Shown one piece after another: positions 1 to 9,189 of a stretch of DNA of 32,318 nt. The notes under the pieces were generated by a model. It saw nothing but the letters and a program-made list of their open reading frames with translations. It had not been told where the DNA came from and did not search any database. Position 1 is the first letter of the stretch. Every line of letters starts with the position of its first letter. Source of the stretch: a bacterium (GTDB lineage Bacteria; Krumholzibacteriota; Krumholzibacteriia; G020349025); NCBI GenBank assembly GCA_031362565.1, contig JANLSU010000125.1:1-32318 (forward strand), written 5' to 3'. Position numbers and translations under genes: made by a program.

Positions 1-1188
1 CTGAACGACGATTTTCATTTTCTAAATGGTGGTAAACGCGTCCTTTGGACCTCGGAGCGCAGCGGCCACCGGCACTTGGAAATCGTCACCGGCGCAACGC
101 GCCGGCCGATCACTTCGGGGAACTGGGACGTGACGGCCGTCGTCGACGTGGACGAAGCCCAGGGCGCGGTGACGTTCACTGCAACGCGCGACGGCGTCAC
201 CCAACGCCAGGTCTATCGTGTGCCGCTCGCCGGCGGCACCGTCCAGAAGTTGACGACGGAGAGCGGTTGGCACGACGCGGCGTTCCACGCGGAGGGGCAC
301 GCCGTGTGGGCGGAAACGTGGTCGGATGACCGCACGCAGACCCAGGTGCGGGTCCGCGGCCGCGATGGATCGCAGCGCGGCACACTCGCATCCGCGGCCC
401 AAGCGCCGTCCGCGGCGGACCTGGGCCCGGCGCCCGAATTCCTCCACCTCGAGGTTCCAAATGCCGGACCACTCGACGTGCGCCTCGTACGGCCGCGCGA
501 TCGCGGTGCGAGCCGTGTACCGCTCATCGTCTACGTGTATGCCGGACCGGGCGCCCAACAAGTGACACACGGCTGGCCCGGCGAACGCGGCCTGTTGGAT
601 GGCTGGCTCGCGGACCAGGGCTTTGCGGTGGCGCGCATCGATGGGCGTGGGGTACGAGCCCGCGGCCACGCCTCCGAACATATCTTTGCCGGGCAGCTCG
701 GCGTGCAAGAGGTCGTCGATCAAGTCGCCGGAGTCCATGCCCTGGGGGCGCGGTTCCCCGACCTCGACCTGGAGCGCGTCGGCATCTGGGGCTGGTCGTA
801 CGGCGGCTACATGACGCTGCGCGCTCTCGAGCGGGGCGGCGATCTGTTCAAGGTCGGCGTCGCGGTCGCGCCGGTCGTCGATTGGCACGGCTATGACACG
901 CACTACACGGAGCGTTACTTGGGACTGCCGTCCGCCAACGCCGCCGGCTACGACTCGAGTTCGACGCTGACGGATGCGGCACGTTTGCACGGCCGGCTCG
1001 TCCTCGTGCATGGGGCAACCGACGACAACGTGCACTGCCGTGAGTCGATGCAGCTCGTGCGCAAGTTGCAGGAACTCGGCACGCCATTCGATCTCATGGT
1101 CTACCCGGGCACGCATATGATGGAATCGACGGCCGAGCGCCTGCACCTCTACGAACTGCTCTGGCGCGCGTTCGCAACGCACCTCTGA
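1..1188 (+). CDS. S9B family dipeptidyl-peptidase IV-like serine peptidase (5' part outside window)
   Basis: Frame is open from base 1 (LNDDFHFL..WTSERSGHRHL). Contains the GIWGWSYGGY nucleophile motif, HGATDDNVH (catalytic Asp) and YPGTH (catalytic His); stop at 1186-1188. Confidence 0.93.
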   Translation: MNDDFHFLNGGKRVLWTSERSGHRHLEIVTGATRRPITSGNWDVTAVVDVDEAQGAVTFTATRDGVTQRQVYRVPLAGGTVQKLTTESGWHDAAFHAEGHAVWAETWSDDRTQTQVRVRGRDGSQRGTLASAAQAPSAADLGPAPEFLHLEVPNAGPLDVRLVRPRDRGASRVPLIVYVYAGPGAQQVTHGWPGERGLLDGWLADQGFAVARIDGRGVRARGHASEHIFAGQLGVQEVVDQVAGVHALGARFPDLDLERVGIWGWSYGGYMTLRALERGGDLFKVGVAVAPVVDWHGYDTHYTERYLGLPSANAAGYDSSSTLTDAARLHGRLVLVHGATDDNVHCRESMQLVRKLQELGTPFDLMVYPGTHMMESTAERLHLYELLWRAFATHL

Positions 1189-1210
1189 GCCCAGCCGTCC
1201 AGACAACGCG

Positions 1211-1243
1211 CCGGTTTGGGGGTTGACACCCCGGCGAAACCGG
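1211..1243 (+). terminator. GC-rich hairpin downstream of the peptidase, possible terminator
   Basis: CCGGTTT..GGGGT-TGAC-ACCCC..AAACCGG inverted repeat; no clear U tract. Confidence 0.3.
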
Positions 1244-1368
1244 CTCGAAGGTAGCCTTTGCCCAAGGGGCACGAGCGCGCGTTGCGGGCACACCGCCGGG
1301 CGCGCTTCCCCACCGTTCGCTGCGTGCGGACGGCGACGCGGGCCCGCGCCGACGAAGGAGAAATGCGC

Positions 1369-2130
1369 ATGCAAGCGATGTCGATTCTCGAGTCTTTATT
1401 CCGTTGGATTCATATCGGCGCCGGCGTCGTGTGGATCGGCCACCTGTATTTCTTCAACTGGGTGAACGCCAACTTCGCGCCGACGATGGACGCCGAAACC
1501 AAGAAGAAGGTCGTCCCCGAACTCATGCCGCGGGCGCTGTATTGGTTCCGCTGGGGCGCGGCGTTCACGTGGATCTCCGGCGTGCTGCTGCTCCTGCTCG
1601 TCTTCTACCACGGTGGCGCGTTGTTCGACGGTACCAACACTTGGGGAGCACCAGCGTTCGTCATGATCGCGCTCACGTTCCTGGCACCGTTCGTCTATGA
1701 CGCGATCCTGAAGAGCATCGGCACCAAGAACATGATGGCAGCGATCGCCGTCGCCTACATCGGCATCGTGGCGGTCACCTACTTGATGTCGATGTGGGCG
1801 CATTTCAGCTATCGCGGCACGGTCATCCACGTCGGCGGCATGCTGGGAACCATCATGGCATTCAACGTCTGGTTCCGTATCTGGCCGGCACAGCAGAAGA
1901 TCGTCACCGCGATCAAGAACGGCCAGGCGCCGGACGCCAAGCTCGTGGGCCTCGCGGGCCTGCGCTCGAAGCAGAACACCTATCTGTCATTTCCGCTCTT
2001 GTGGACGATGATGAACGCGCACACGACGTGGGCAGCTTCGTGCTGGTATGCACTGCCGATCGTCGTGCTGCTTGGATGGTGGATCGTGTCGATGCTGTAC
2101 CGGCGCGCTGCCAAGGTCAAAGGCTTCTAA
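1369..2130 (+). CDS. PuuD/DUF989 (urate hydroxylase N-terminal domain) family membrane protein, without cytochrome c domain
   Basis: RWIHIGAGVVWIGHLYFFNW, LYWFRWGAAFTWISG, GTIMAFNVWFRIWPAQQK and RSKQNTYLSFP motifs; AAGGAG RBS 8 nt before ATG 1369; no CxxCH. Confidence 0.8.
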   Translation: MQAMSILESLFRWIHIGAGVVWIGHLYFFNWVNANFAPTMDAETKKKVVPELMPRALYWFRWGAAFTWISGVLLLLLVFYHGGALFDGTNTWGAPAFVMIALTFLAPFVYDAILKSIGTKNMMAAIAVAYIGIVAVTYLMSMWAHFSYRGTVIHVGGMLGTIMAFNVWFRIWPAQQKIVTAIKNGQAPDAKLVGLAGLRSKQNTYLSFPLLWTMMNAHTTWAASCWYALPIVVLLGWWIVSMLYRRAAKVKGF

Positions 2131-2199
2131 CGCGGCGCGTGCACGGCGCGCATCCTTGGTGCGGGGGTAAGGATGCGCGCCGGCTCGGAGGGTGGAAGA

Positions 2200-2252
2200 G
2201 CGCGGCGGCGGTCTGATGCCACAACTAAGATGAGATTCAACCGCCGCCGCGC
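2200..2252. repeat. 13-bp perfect inverted repeat with 27-nt AT-richer loop (possible terminator or structured RNA)
   Basis: GCGCGGCGGCGGT (2200-2212) and ACCGCCGCCGCGC (2240-2252). Confidence 0.55.
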
Positions 2253-2882
2253 AAAGTCATCGCCTCGGCCGTCGGACCGACCGCGCGACCAACACAGGTC
2301 GCGCGGTCGGAACGCCTGAGCCCGTGCTTCTGGTTCCGAGCCGCGGCGCACGCACCGATGACTCCCCCTGCCCCCTCGATCACCTGTATGCGTCGAGTGG
2401 TGGAGCCACCTTGCTTGCACGCTGCGGCCCGTCGCCATGGCGTCGACCACCCTTGATGAAGCACCGGGTGACCGCAAGGCTCAGGGACGGCCTGAAGACT
2501 CGGGACTGCTGCGGACCGTCGTGGTGGTCTTTCGATCTGTCTCGAGCCTCAGTCGGATCGCGTGATGCCGGGAAGGTGCGGGACCCCATCCCCAGGGGAC
2601 CGGCAGACGGATTAGGCCACCGGTTCACGAACTCCGCCGATACCTGCGATCCGGAGTCGAGGTAATGCACTCGCCGTACCGAACCTGCGCCCAGCGGTCT
2701 CGAATCACACCCATGCCCCTAAGGGCGTACCAAATCGACATTTGGGTACCCCATGCGGGGACGCGCTGCAGGCGGCGGGGTGGTGGCGACGTGCAGAACC
2801 GCGCCGCCGAACCACCGCGGGACGCACACTCTCCGGGCGTCAACCCGCCGCGCCGGCCGTCCCAGCGCCGCGAAAAGCGAAA

Positions 2883-2896
2883 GTGCAGATTTGCAC
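2883..2896. promoter_or_regulatory. Palindromic candidate operator GTGCA-N4-TGCAC
   Basis: GTGCAGATTTGCAC; the heptamer GTGCAGA also occurs at 2791 and 2984. Confidence 0.35.
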
Positions 2897-2974
2897 CTCG
2901 CGATCGGTACCGCGCGCGCAAGTTCGCTTCGCTCGCGTTGCGGTTCGAAAAACGCGCCCGCAGCCGTTCGTCCC

Positions 2975-3004
2975 TTGACCGCAGTGCAGAGCGGCGCGTA
3001 TCCT
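2975..3004 (+). promoter_or_regulatory. Candidate sigma70 promoter for the small-protein/TPR-activator unit
   Basis: TTGACC (2975-2980), N18, TATCCT (2999-3004). Confidence 0.45.
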
Positions 3005-3153
3005 TCGCATCACCCCAGAGGCTCGAAACGATGCGGGATCACGGATTGCAGTCAGAGAGAGAGTCCGGTTCCGAGGTGGGAGGTACGGCGGGATGCCGTG
3101 CTCTCGGGTCCGGTGAGCGCCAACTTCCACCGCTTCGATCGAGGTTGTTGCCG

Positions 3154-3510
3154 ATGACTCGACGCATCTGGTCCGCGTGTTGTGTATTCCTGCTCGCATG
3201 GCTCGTCGTCGCTGCAGTTTCCATTTCAACATCACCGTGTTTCGCCGAGGAACCCGAGGAGACCCCGGGTCTCGAACGGGTGCGCGTCCAACTGGACGAA
3301 CCCGAAGTCAAACACCCCGGTGATGACGATCAGCCGACGATCGTGCCGCGTCGAGGAGTGGAACTCGTTCCGTCGACCCCCACGTTTTCCGACGCAGCGA
3401 CGCAGCCCGCCAACGATGGCGCTGCGACACCGACTGCGCCCGCAGCGTTGCGGTCCTGGATCGAAACGTTGCGCGCCTTGGTGGGACGCATCGTGTTTGT
3501 GCTTCGGTAG
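3154..3510 (+). CDS. Small secreted protein (118 aa), candidate signalling pro-peptide
   Basis: GAGGT RBS; MTRRIW followed by a hydrophobic stretch ending PCFA (signal peptide); acidic Pro-rich region with PGDDDQPT; amphipathic C-terminal LRSWIETLRALVGRIVFVLR. Confidence 0.7.
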   Translation: MTRRIWSACCVFLLAWLVVAAVSISTSPCFAEEPEETPGLERVRVQLDEPEVKHPGDDDQPTIVPRRGVELVPSTPTFSDAATQPANDGAATPTAPAALRSWIETLRALVGRIVFVLR

Positions 3511-3583
3511 CCGAACGGCGGCAGCGTAGTGGCCTGCGGGCCGGGCGCTGCCGCAAACCGTCGTGGTCTGGCGAGCTGAAGAG

Positions 3584-5890
3584 ATGAACGATCTGCTCCG
3601 CGGTCGTGCATCCGCGTCGACACCGGCCGACCGGCGTGTCGATTGGGTACGCGACTACACGCTTGGCAAGTACACGGACGTGGTTCGCGACTGGCTCGCG
3701 GCGCGTGCGAATGCGGTGCCGGCCGGCTGGGTCTCGGACGACAGCGTCGTCGAGGCCGTCGGCTGGAGCCTCGCTCTCACGAAGTCGTGGGCGGCGTACG
3801 AACTCTTCCATCACGACCTGAGTGCGGCCGATGCGGGCTCCCGGTGGCTCGCGATGTTTGACGCGTGGCGTGCCGTTCATGAGGGGCGCTACGACGCCGC
3901 AGCCCACGCGGCGCGCAGCACTCGTGCCGACCTCATGGCACCGGGCAGCCAGGCGCGCCTCACCGCGTTCACGCTCAAGGTTGAAGGCGTTGCTCTCCTG
4001 CGGCTCGGCCGTTACGTGGCCGCCGAAACCCTGACGCGGCGTGCCCTCGAGTTGTTCGAGGTGGCGGCCGAACCGTTGCAAGTGGCGCAGTGCGCCACGA
4101 ATCTCGGACTCATCTTGAATGCCCGCGGCGACCATCGCGCCGCCCGAGTCGAGCTGCAGCGTGCCCTCGCCGCCCTCGAATCCAGCGGTGCGGCAGAAGA
4201 GCGCCAGGCACTCGGACGGGAAAACCTGGCCATAGTCGAACTGCACTTGGGCAACGTCGACAACGCCCGCGGCCTGTATGAATCGGCGCTCCGCACGTTC
4301 CAGGCACTCGGTTTGGCGAGCGAACAAATCACCGCTCGCAACGGGCTCGGCCACTGCGCGCGTGTGCAGGGGCACTTCGATGCGGCGCTCGGCCATTATC
4401 GGGCGGCGTTGCATTTGGGCTCGCCGCAGCTCACGCGGCAGGTCTGCCTGTGTCATGAATTCATCGGCCGCACGCTCTTCGAACGCGGCGAACGGCCGGC
4501 CGCCGAGTCGCACTACCGGCGGGCGCTCGAAATCGCCGCGCACATCGCGCCCGAAGGCGACCTCATGCTGGAAGTCTCGTGGCACTACGCCGAGCTGCTG
4601 GTGGCCGAGCGCCGGTTCGAGGCAGCGCACGAGTTGCTCGAGCGCGCCGAGGCGCTTTGCGAATCGAGCGGCGAGCGCCGCGAACTGGGCTGCGTGCAAC
4701 GCGTGCGCGCCCGCTGGCTGGCGGCCCAAGGCGATGCAAGCGCGCACGCGGTATTCGAAGCGGCGCTCGACACGTTGCATGACACCGGCCGGACCTTCGA
4801 ATCCTTCTTGACCTTGGTGGCGCATGCCGAAGGCTGCGTCGCGCTCCGCGACCACACCCGGGCGTGCGAGTTGTTGTCCGCGGCGCGGACGGCGGTGGCG
4901 CACACGTTCCCCGGTTCGCTATGGATCGACCGGGTCGAAACGTTGCTGGCGATGCACGCGCCGGCGGCAGGCGGCAGCGATCCGGCGGTGCGTTACGGCA
5001 TTTGGACGCGCGACCGCGAACTTCTCGCTCTCCTCGACGACCTGCCGGCGATCGCGGCCACTCCGTATCCGGTGCTCGTCGATGGCGAGTCCGGCACCGG
5101 CAAAGAGCTTTTGGCGCGCGCGATTCACACCGCCAGCGGCCGTTCGGGCCCCTGCGTCGCGGTCAATTGCGCCGCCATTCCGCGTGACCTCTTCGAGAGC
5201 GAACTCTTCGGGCATGTGCGCGGCGCGTTTTCGGGCGCCACGATCGACAAACCGGGGCTCCTCGAGCAAGCCGAGGGCGGCACGCTCATCCTCGACGAAG
5301 TCGGTGAAATGCCGGCTGAGATGCAGGCCAAGTTGTTGCGCGTTCTCGACGACGGCGTCGTGCGGCGCATCGGCGACGTGCGGCAAAAGCACGTCGACGT
5401 CAAGATCGTCGCGGCGACGAATCGTGCTCTCGAGGCCGCGGTCGCCGCCGGCACGTTCCGCAACGACCTCTACCACCGGCTCGCGGTGCACTCGGTGCAT
5501 CTCAAGCCGCTCCGCGATCGCGGCGGCGATGTCGAGTTGCTGGCGCGCTTCTTCCTGCGGCGCGACGGTTTGGAGGCAAGGCTCGCACTCACGGCGGAGT
5601 TGCTTGCAGACCTCGAATCGCGCCCGTGGCCGGGCAATGCGCGCGAGCTGCGCAACGTCCTCGTCCGCACGGCATTGCAGAACCGCCCGGCACCGGCGCC
5701 GGCACCGGTCGACACGCGCCCCGGGACCGCAGCGTTGCGCGTGACCCGGTCGACACACGAACGCCGCGCCATCGAGATCGCCCTCGAGGCGGCGGGCGGC
5801 AGCGTCGGCAACGCGGCACAGGCGCTGCGGTTGCACACCACGACGCTGCGCCGGAAGATGCGGGCGCTCGGGATCGAGCGCCGAGCCTGA
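3584..5890 (+). CDS. Sigma54-dependent transcriptional activator (bEBP) with N-terminal TPR sensor and Fis-type HTH
   Basis: Multiple TPR-like helical repeats; Walker [24 protein letters not shown], Walker [29 protein letters not shown]-terminal HTH. Alternative GTG start at 3563. Confidence 0.92.
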   Translation: MNDLLRGRASASTPADRRVDWVRDYTLGKYTDVVRDWLAARANAVPAGWVSDDSVVEAVGWSLALTKSWAAYELFHHDLSAADAGSRWLAMFDAWRAVHEGRYDAAAHAARSTRADLMAPGSQARLTAFTLKVEGVALLRLGRYVAAETLTRRALELFEVAAEPLQVAQCATNLGLILNARGDHRAARVELQRALAALESSGAAEERQALGRENLAIVELHLGNVDNARGLYESALRTFQALGLASEQITARNGLGHCARVQGHFDAALGHYRAALHLGSPQLTRQVCLCHEFIGRTLFERGERPAAESHYRRALEIAAHIAPEGDLMLEVSWHYAELLVAERRFEAAHELLERAEALCESSGERRELGCVQRVRARWLAAQGDASAHAVFEAALDTLHDTGRTFESFLTLVAHAEGCVALRDHTRACELLSAARTAVAHTFPGSLWIDRVETLLAMHAPAAGGSDPAVRYGIWTRDRELLALLDDLPAIAATPYPVLVDGESGTGKELLARAIHTASGRSGPCVAVNCAAIPRDLFESELFGHVRGAFSGATIDKPGLLEQAEGGTLILDEVGEMPAEMQAKLLRVLDDGVVRRIGDVRQKHVDVKIVAATNRALEAAVAAGTFRNDLYHRLAVHSVHLKPLRDRGGDVELLARFFLRRDGLEARLALTAELLADLESRPWPGNARELRNVLVRTALQNRPAPAPAPVDTRPGTAALRVTRSTHERRAIEIALEAAGGSVGNAAQALRLHTTTLRRKMRALGIERRA

Positions 5891-5942
5891 GCTCGGTCGA
5901 GCGGCACGGCCGCGCCGCTCGCAACTTCGACGGACGGATGGC

Positions 5943-6497
5943 TTGAACGATCCGCAGGTCGGCCCCGGCACCTTTCTCATCGCCAGCCCACTGCTTCGGG
6001 ACCCCAATTTCCATCGCACCGTCGTGCTCTTGTGCGAACACGAGGACGACGAGGGCTCGATGGGCATCGTCGTCAATCGCCCCGATGATCGAACCCTCCA
6101 GGAAGCGCTCGGTGGTGTCGAGCCGCATCCCTCACAGCGCCTGTGGATCGGCGGCCCCGTGCAACGCGACGCCATCCTCGTCCTGCATCGCAAACCCGAA
6201 TTGCCCGGCGCCCGCCTCATCGTCGACGGGATGGCGATGGGTGGCGACGACGAAGTGCTGCTCGACCTGCTCCGGGAATCAAATCCGCATCGCGCTCGGG
6301 TGTTCTCCGGCTATGCGGGCTGGGGCGCGGGCCAACTCAGCGCCGAACTCGAACAACGCAGTTGGATCACCTGCACGGCACACGCCCGTTTCATTTTCGA
6401 CACCGAAGCCGGCGATGTGTGGTCCGCCGTGCTCCGTTCGCTTGGGTCACGCTACGCGTACCTCGCCGATTTACCCGCCGATCCCCGCGTCAATTGA
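5943..6497 (+). CDS. yqgE: YqgE/AlgH (UPF0301) family protein
   Basis: LIASPLLRDPNFHRTVVLLCEH, GIVVNRP, GGPV, GYAGWGAGQL..E and C-terminal DPRVN motifs; TTG start. Confidence 0.9.
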   Translation: MNDPQVGPGTFLIASPLLRDPNFHRTVVLLCEHEDDEGSMGIVVNRPDDRTLQEALGGVEPHPSQRLWIGGPVQRDAILVLHRKPELPGARLIVDGMAMGGDDEVLLDLLRESNPHRARVFSGYAGWGAGQLSAELEQRSWITCTAHARFIFDTEAGDVWSAVLRSLGSRYAYLADLPADPRVN

Positions 6498-6654
6498 TTC
6501 GAGCCTGGACTGCGGCGTACATCGCACGCACCGGCGGACGGTAGCGCCGCGGCGCGGTGAGACGTTAGAATGCGGCCCGGTTTGCGCCGCGGAGCAAGCT
6601 TGCGCGGCAAATCCTGCCGCGCGGGATCGATCCCGATTTCTTCAAGGTGCGTCC

Positions 6655-9099
6655 ATGACCTTCGACCGAACCGCCGATTGCTTCCGCCGCTACGGCTACT
6701 TGGCGGCCGATCTCGATCATCTCGGGCGGTTGCTGCCGTACGTGCATCCGGACCTCGAAGGCCACGATGCAGCGGCCGCGGAGCGCTCGCGGCGCGTCTA
6801 TTGCGGCTCGATCGGCGCCGAATTCGCGCACGTCGCCGACCCGGAGCGCGCCGGCTGGATTGCAGCGCGCATGGAAGAGGCGGCGCCGGCGCCGGATCGG
6901 CATCGGCTCGTGCGGCGTCTTGCCGGAGCCGAGTTGCTCGAGCGTTTTCTGCATCAACGTTATGTCGGCAGCAAACGCTATTCGCTGGAGGGCGCGGTGG
7001 CGCTGGTGCCGCTCTTGGACGGCGTACTGGCTGCCGCGGCGCGCCAAGGCGTCGACAAGGTCTTGCTGGCCATGAGCCATCGCGGCCGGCTCACCGTCAT
7101 GACACGCGTCATCGGTTCGCCGGCGTCGAAACTCTTCGCGGGTTACGAGGACTTCGAGCCCCGGTCAGTGCTCGGCGGCGGCGACGTGAAGTACCACTTG
7201 GGCGCGACCGGCACCTACACGACGCCCTCGGGCGGGGTGCTCGACATGCACCTGGTTTCGAATCCGAGCCATCTCGAGGCCGTCGATCCGGTGTTGCAAG
7301 GCCGCGTCCGGGCGCATCAAGAGCGCATCGGCGCCGACGGCAAGCGGCGTGTCCTCGGCATCACCATTCATGGCGATGCGGCATTCGCCGGCCAAGGGAT
7401 CGTCGCCGAAACGCTGAACATGGCGGATCTTCCCGGCTACACGGTCGGCGGCACGATTCACATCGTGGTCAACAACCTGATCGGATTCACCGCTGAACCG
7501 CGGGCCTTGCATTCGTCGCGCTACGCCTCCGATGTCGCGAAACGGCTGGCGGTGCCGATCCTGCACGTCAACGGCGAGGACCCCGAGGCCGTGCAGCGGG
7601 TCGGCGAGATGGCGCTCGACTTCCGTGCGACGTTCGGGACCGACGTGGTCGTGGATCTGATTGCCTACCGGCGCTATGGCCACAGCGAAGTGGATGACCC
7701 GACTGCGACCCAGCCCTTGCTCTACAGGCGCATCGAAGCACGGCCGATGTTGTGGCAGTCGTATGCCGAGACGTGCAGGATCGACGCCGCCGAACGCCAG
7801 GCGATCGAAGACGACGTCGTGACGCATTTGGCGGCCGAGCAGGACGCGGGGCGCGCCCTGCACAAGAAACCGGTGTTCCGCCAGCTGCCCACCTACTGGG
7901 ATGCGTATGTCGGCGGCTTCTACCAACGCGAGTACGATGTCGACACCGCGATCACGCCGGCGCGTATTGCGGCCATCGATGCCGCACTCGGCCACACGCC
8001 GGCGGGATTCCACGTGCACCCGAAACTCGCCAAGCTCGTCGAGCAACGCCACGAGATGTTGAGCGGCGCGCGGCCTTTGGATTGGGCGGCGGCGGAGGCC
8101 GTGGCCTTCGGCAGCCTGCTGCAGGACGGCGTCGGCGTCCGGCTCACCGGCCAGGACTGCCGGCGCGGCACGTTCAATCAGCGGCACGCCGTGCTCATCG
8201 ACCACGAGACCGGTGACGAGCACACGCCGCTGCGTCGTCTCGAATCGGGGCGGGCGGAGTTCGAGATCTGCGACTCACCGTTGTCGGAAGCTGCGGTTCT
8301 GGGGTTCGAATACGGTTTCAGCCGCGACGCGCCGGAATCGCTCGTGTGCTGGGAAGCGCAGTTCGGCGACTTCGCGAACGGCGCGCAAGTGCTGCTCGAC
8401 AATTTCGTCAGCGCCGGCGAGGACAAGTGGGATTTGTTGACCGGCTTGGTCGTGCTCTTGCCGCATGGCTACGAGGGCCAGGGGCCCGAACACTCGAGCG
8501 CCCGGCTCGAGCGCATGCTGCAATCATGCGCCGACGACAACATGCAAGTCTGCCAGCCTTCGAACGCCGCGCAGTACTTTCATCTGTTGCGGCGGCAGGT
8601 CTTGCGACGGTGGCGCAAGCCCCTCGTGGTGCTGACACCCAAGGGGGCGCTGCGAGCGCCGGCCGCGAGTTCGCCGCTCGCACATCTCACGGCCGGCCGG
8701 TTCGAGCCGATCTTGCCGGATGTCGAGGTGGCGAACGCCGAGCGGATTCTCGTGTGCTCCGGCAAGATCGTCCACGAACTGCGCGCCGAACGTACGCGGC
8801 GCAAACAGGATCGGGTGGCGATCGTCGCCGTCGAACAGATCTATCCGTTTCCGGAAGCCGAGGTCGACGCCGAGTTGCACCGCCACGCCGGCGCCGACGC
8901 GATCATCTGGGTGCAGGAGGAACCGGCGAACATGGGCGCGCTCACCTTCGTGCGGCCGCTCCTCAAGCAGATTGCCGGCGACCGTCCGGTGACGAGCGTC
9001 AAGCGCCACGCCAGCGCCAGCCCCGCGACCGGCTCGCCCAAAGCCCATGCCCTCGAACAAAGTGCGCTGCTCGAGCTGGCCTTCGCGCATTTCGTTTGA
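6655..9099 (+). CDS. sucA: 2-oxoglutarate dehydrogenase E1 component (short form, 814 aa)
   Basis: KRYSLEG, GDVKYHLG, NPSHLEAVDP, ThDP motif HGDAAFAGQG..VVNN, YRRYGHSEVD, WEAQFGDFANGAQ, LPHGYEGQGPEHSSAR, WVQEEPANMG. Confidence 0.95.
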   Translation: MTFDRTADCFRRYGYLAADLDHLGRLLPYVHPDLEGHDAAAAERSRRVYCGSIGAEFAHVADPERAGWIAARMEEAAPAPDRHRLVRRLAGAELLERFLHQRYVGSKRYSLEGAVALVPLLDGVLAAAARQGVDKVLLAMSHRGRLTVMTRVIGSPASKLFAGYEDFEPRSVLGGGDVKYHLGATGTYTTPSGGVLDMHLVSNPSHLEAVDPVLQGRVRAHQERIGADGKRRVLGITIHGDAAFAGQGIVAETLNMADLPGYTVGGTIHIVVNNLIGFTAEPRALHSSRYASDVAKRLAVPILHVNGEDPEAVQRVGEMALDFRATFGTDVVVDLIAYRRYGHSEVDDPTATQPLLYRRIEARPMLWQSYAETCRIDAAERQAIEDDVVTHLAAEQDAGRALHKKPVFRQLPTYWDAYVGGFYQREYDVDTAITPARIAAIDAALGHTPAGFHVHPKLAKLVEQRHEMLSGARPLDWAAAEAVAFGSLLQDGVGVRLTGQDCRRGTFNQRHAVLIDHETGDEHTPLRRLESGRAEFEICDSPLSEAAVLGFEYGFSRDAPESLVCWEAQFGDFANGAQVLLDNFVSAGEDKWDLLTGLVVLLPHGYEGQGPEHSSARLERMLQSCADDNMQVCQPSNAAQYFHLLRRQVLRRWRKPLVVLTPKGALRAPAASSPLAHLTAGRFEPILPDVEVANAERILVCSGKIVHELRAERTRRKQDRVAIVAVEQIYPFPEAEVDAELHRHAGADAIIWVQEEPANMGALTFVRPLLKQIAGDRPVTSVKRHASASPATGSPKAHALEQSALLELAFAHFV

Positions 9100-9114
9100 A
9101 GAATTGCCGGCGCC

Positions 9115-9148
9115 AAAAAAAACTGCGCCGGCGGTGAGGCCGGCGCAG
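9115..9148 (-). terminator. Rho-independent terminator of the leftward lipoprotein gene
   Basis: 10-bp perfect stem CTGCGCCGGC/GCCGGCGCAG (9123-9148) followed on the minus strand by U8 (A8 at 9115-9122). Confidence 0.85.
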
Positions 9149-9189
9149 CGAAATCGACGCGAATGTTGCCAGGTGGAAACGTTCGTGAC

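Noticed and set aside
2213..2240. CTGATG in a hairpin loop suggesting a hammerhead ribozyme
   Set aside because: The core needs CUGAUGA and a downstream GAAA; neither is present.
2340..2420. Minus-strand GGCTCCACCA followed by GGGGGCAG, suggesting a permuted two-piece tmRNA or a tRNA 3' end
   Set aside because: No T-arm before the CCA, no TCGAC motif after the G run, and no tag reading frame found.
2560..2610. GCCGGGAAGG resembling a cobalamin riboswitch B12 box
   Set aside because: The upstream AGGGAA, CCCGC.ACTGT and GCCACTG elements are absent, and no B12-related gene follows.
2717..2732. Minus-strand TGGTACG-CCCT-TAGG as a sigma54 promoter
   Set aside because: The -24 half is good, but the -12 element lacks the required GC.
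6085..6654. N-terminal extension of the sucA ORF; similar extensions for ORFs starting at 1258, 2665, 12336, 16598, 23006 and 26470
   Set aside because: They overlap other genes, the tRNA or promoters; homology and RBS positions support the downstream starts.
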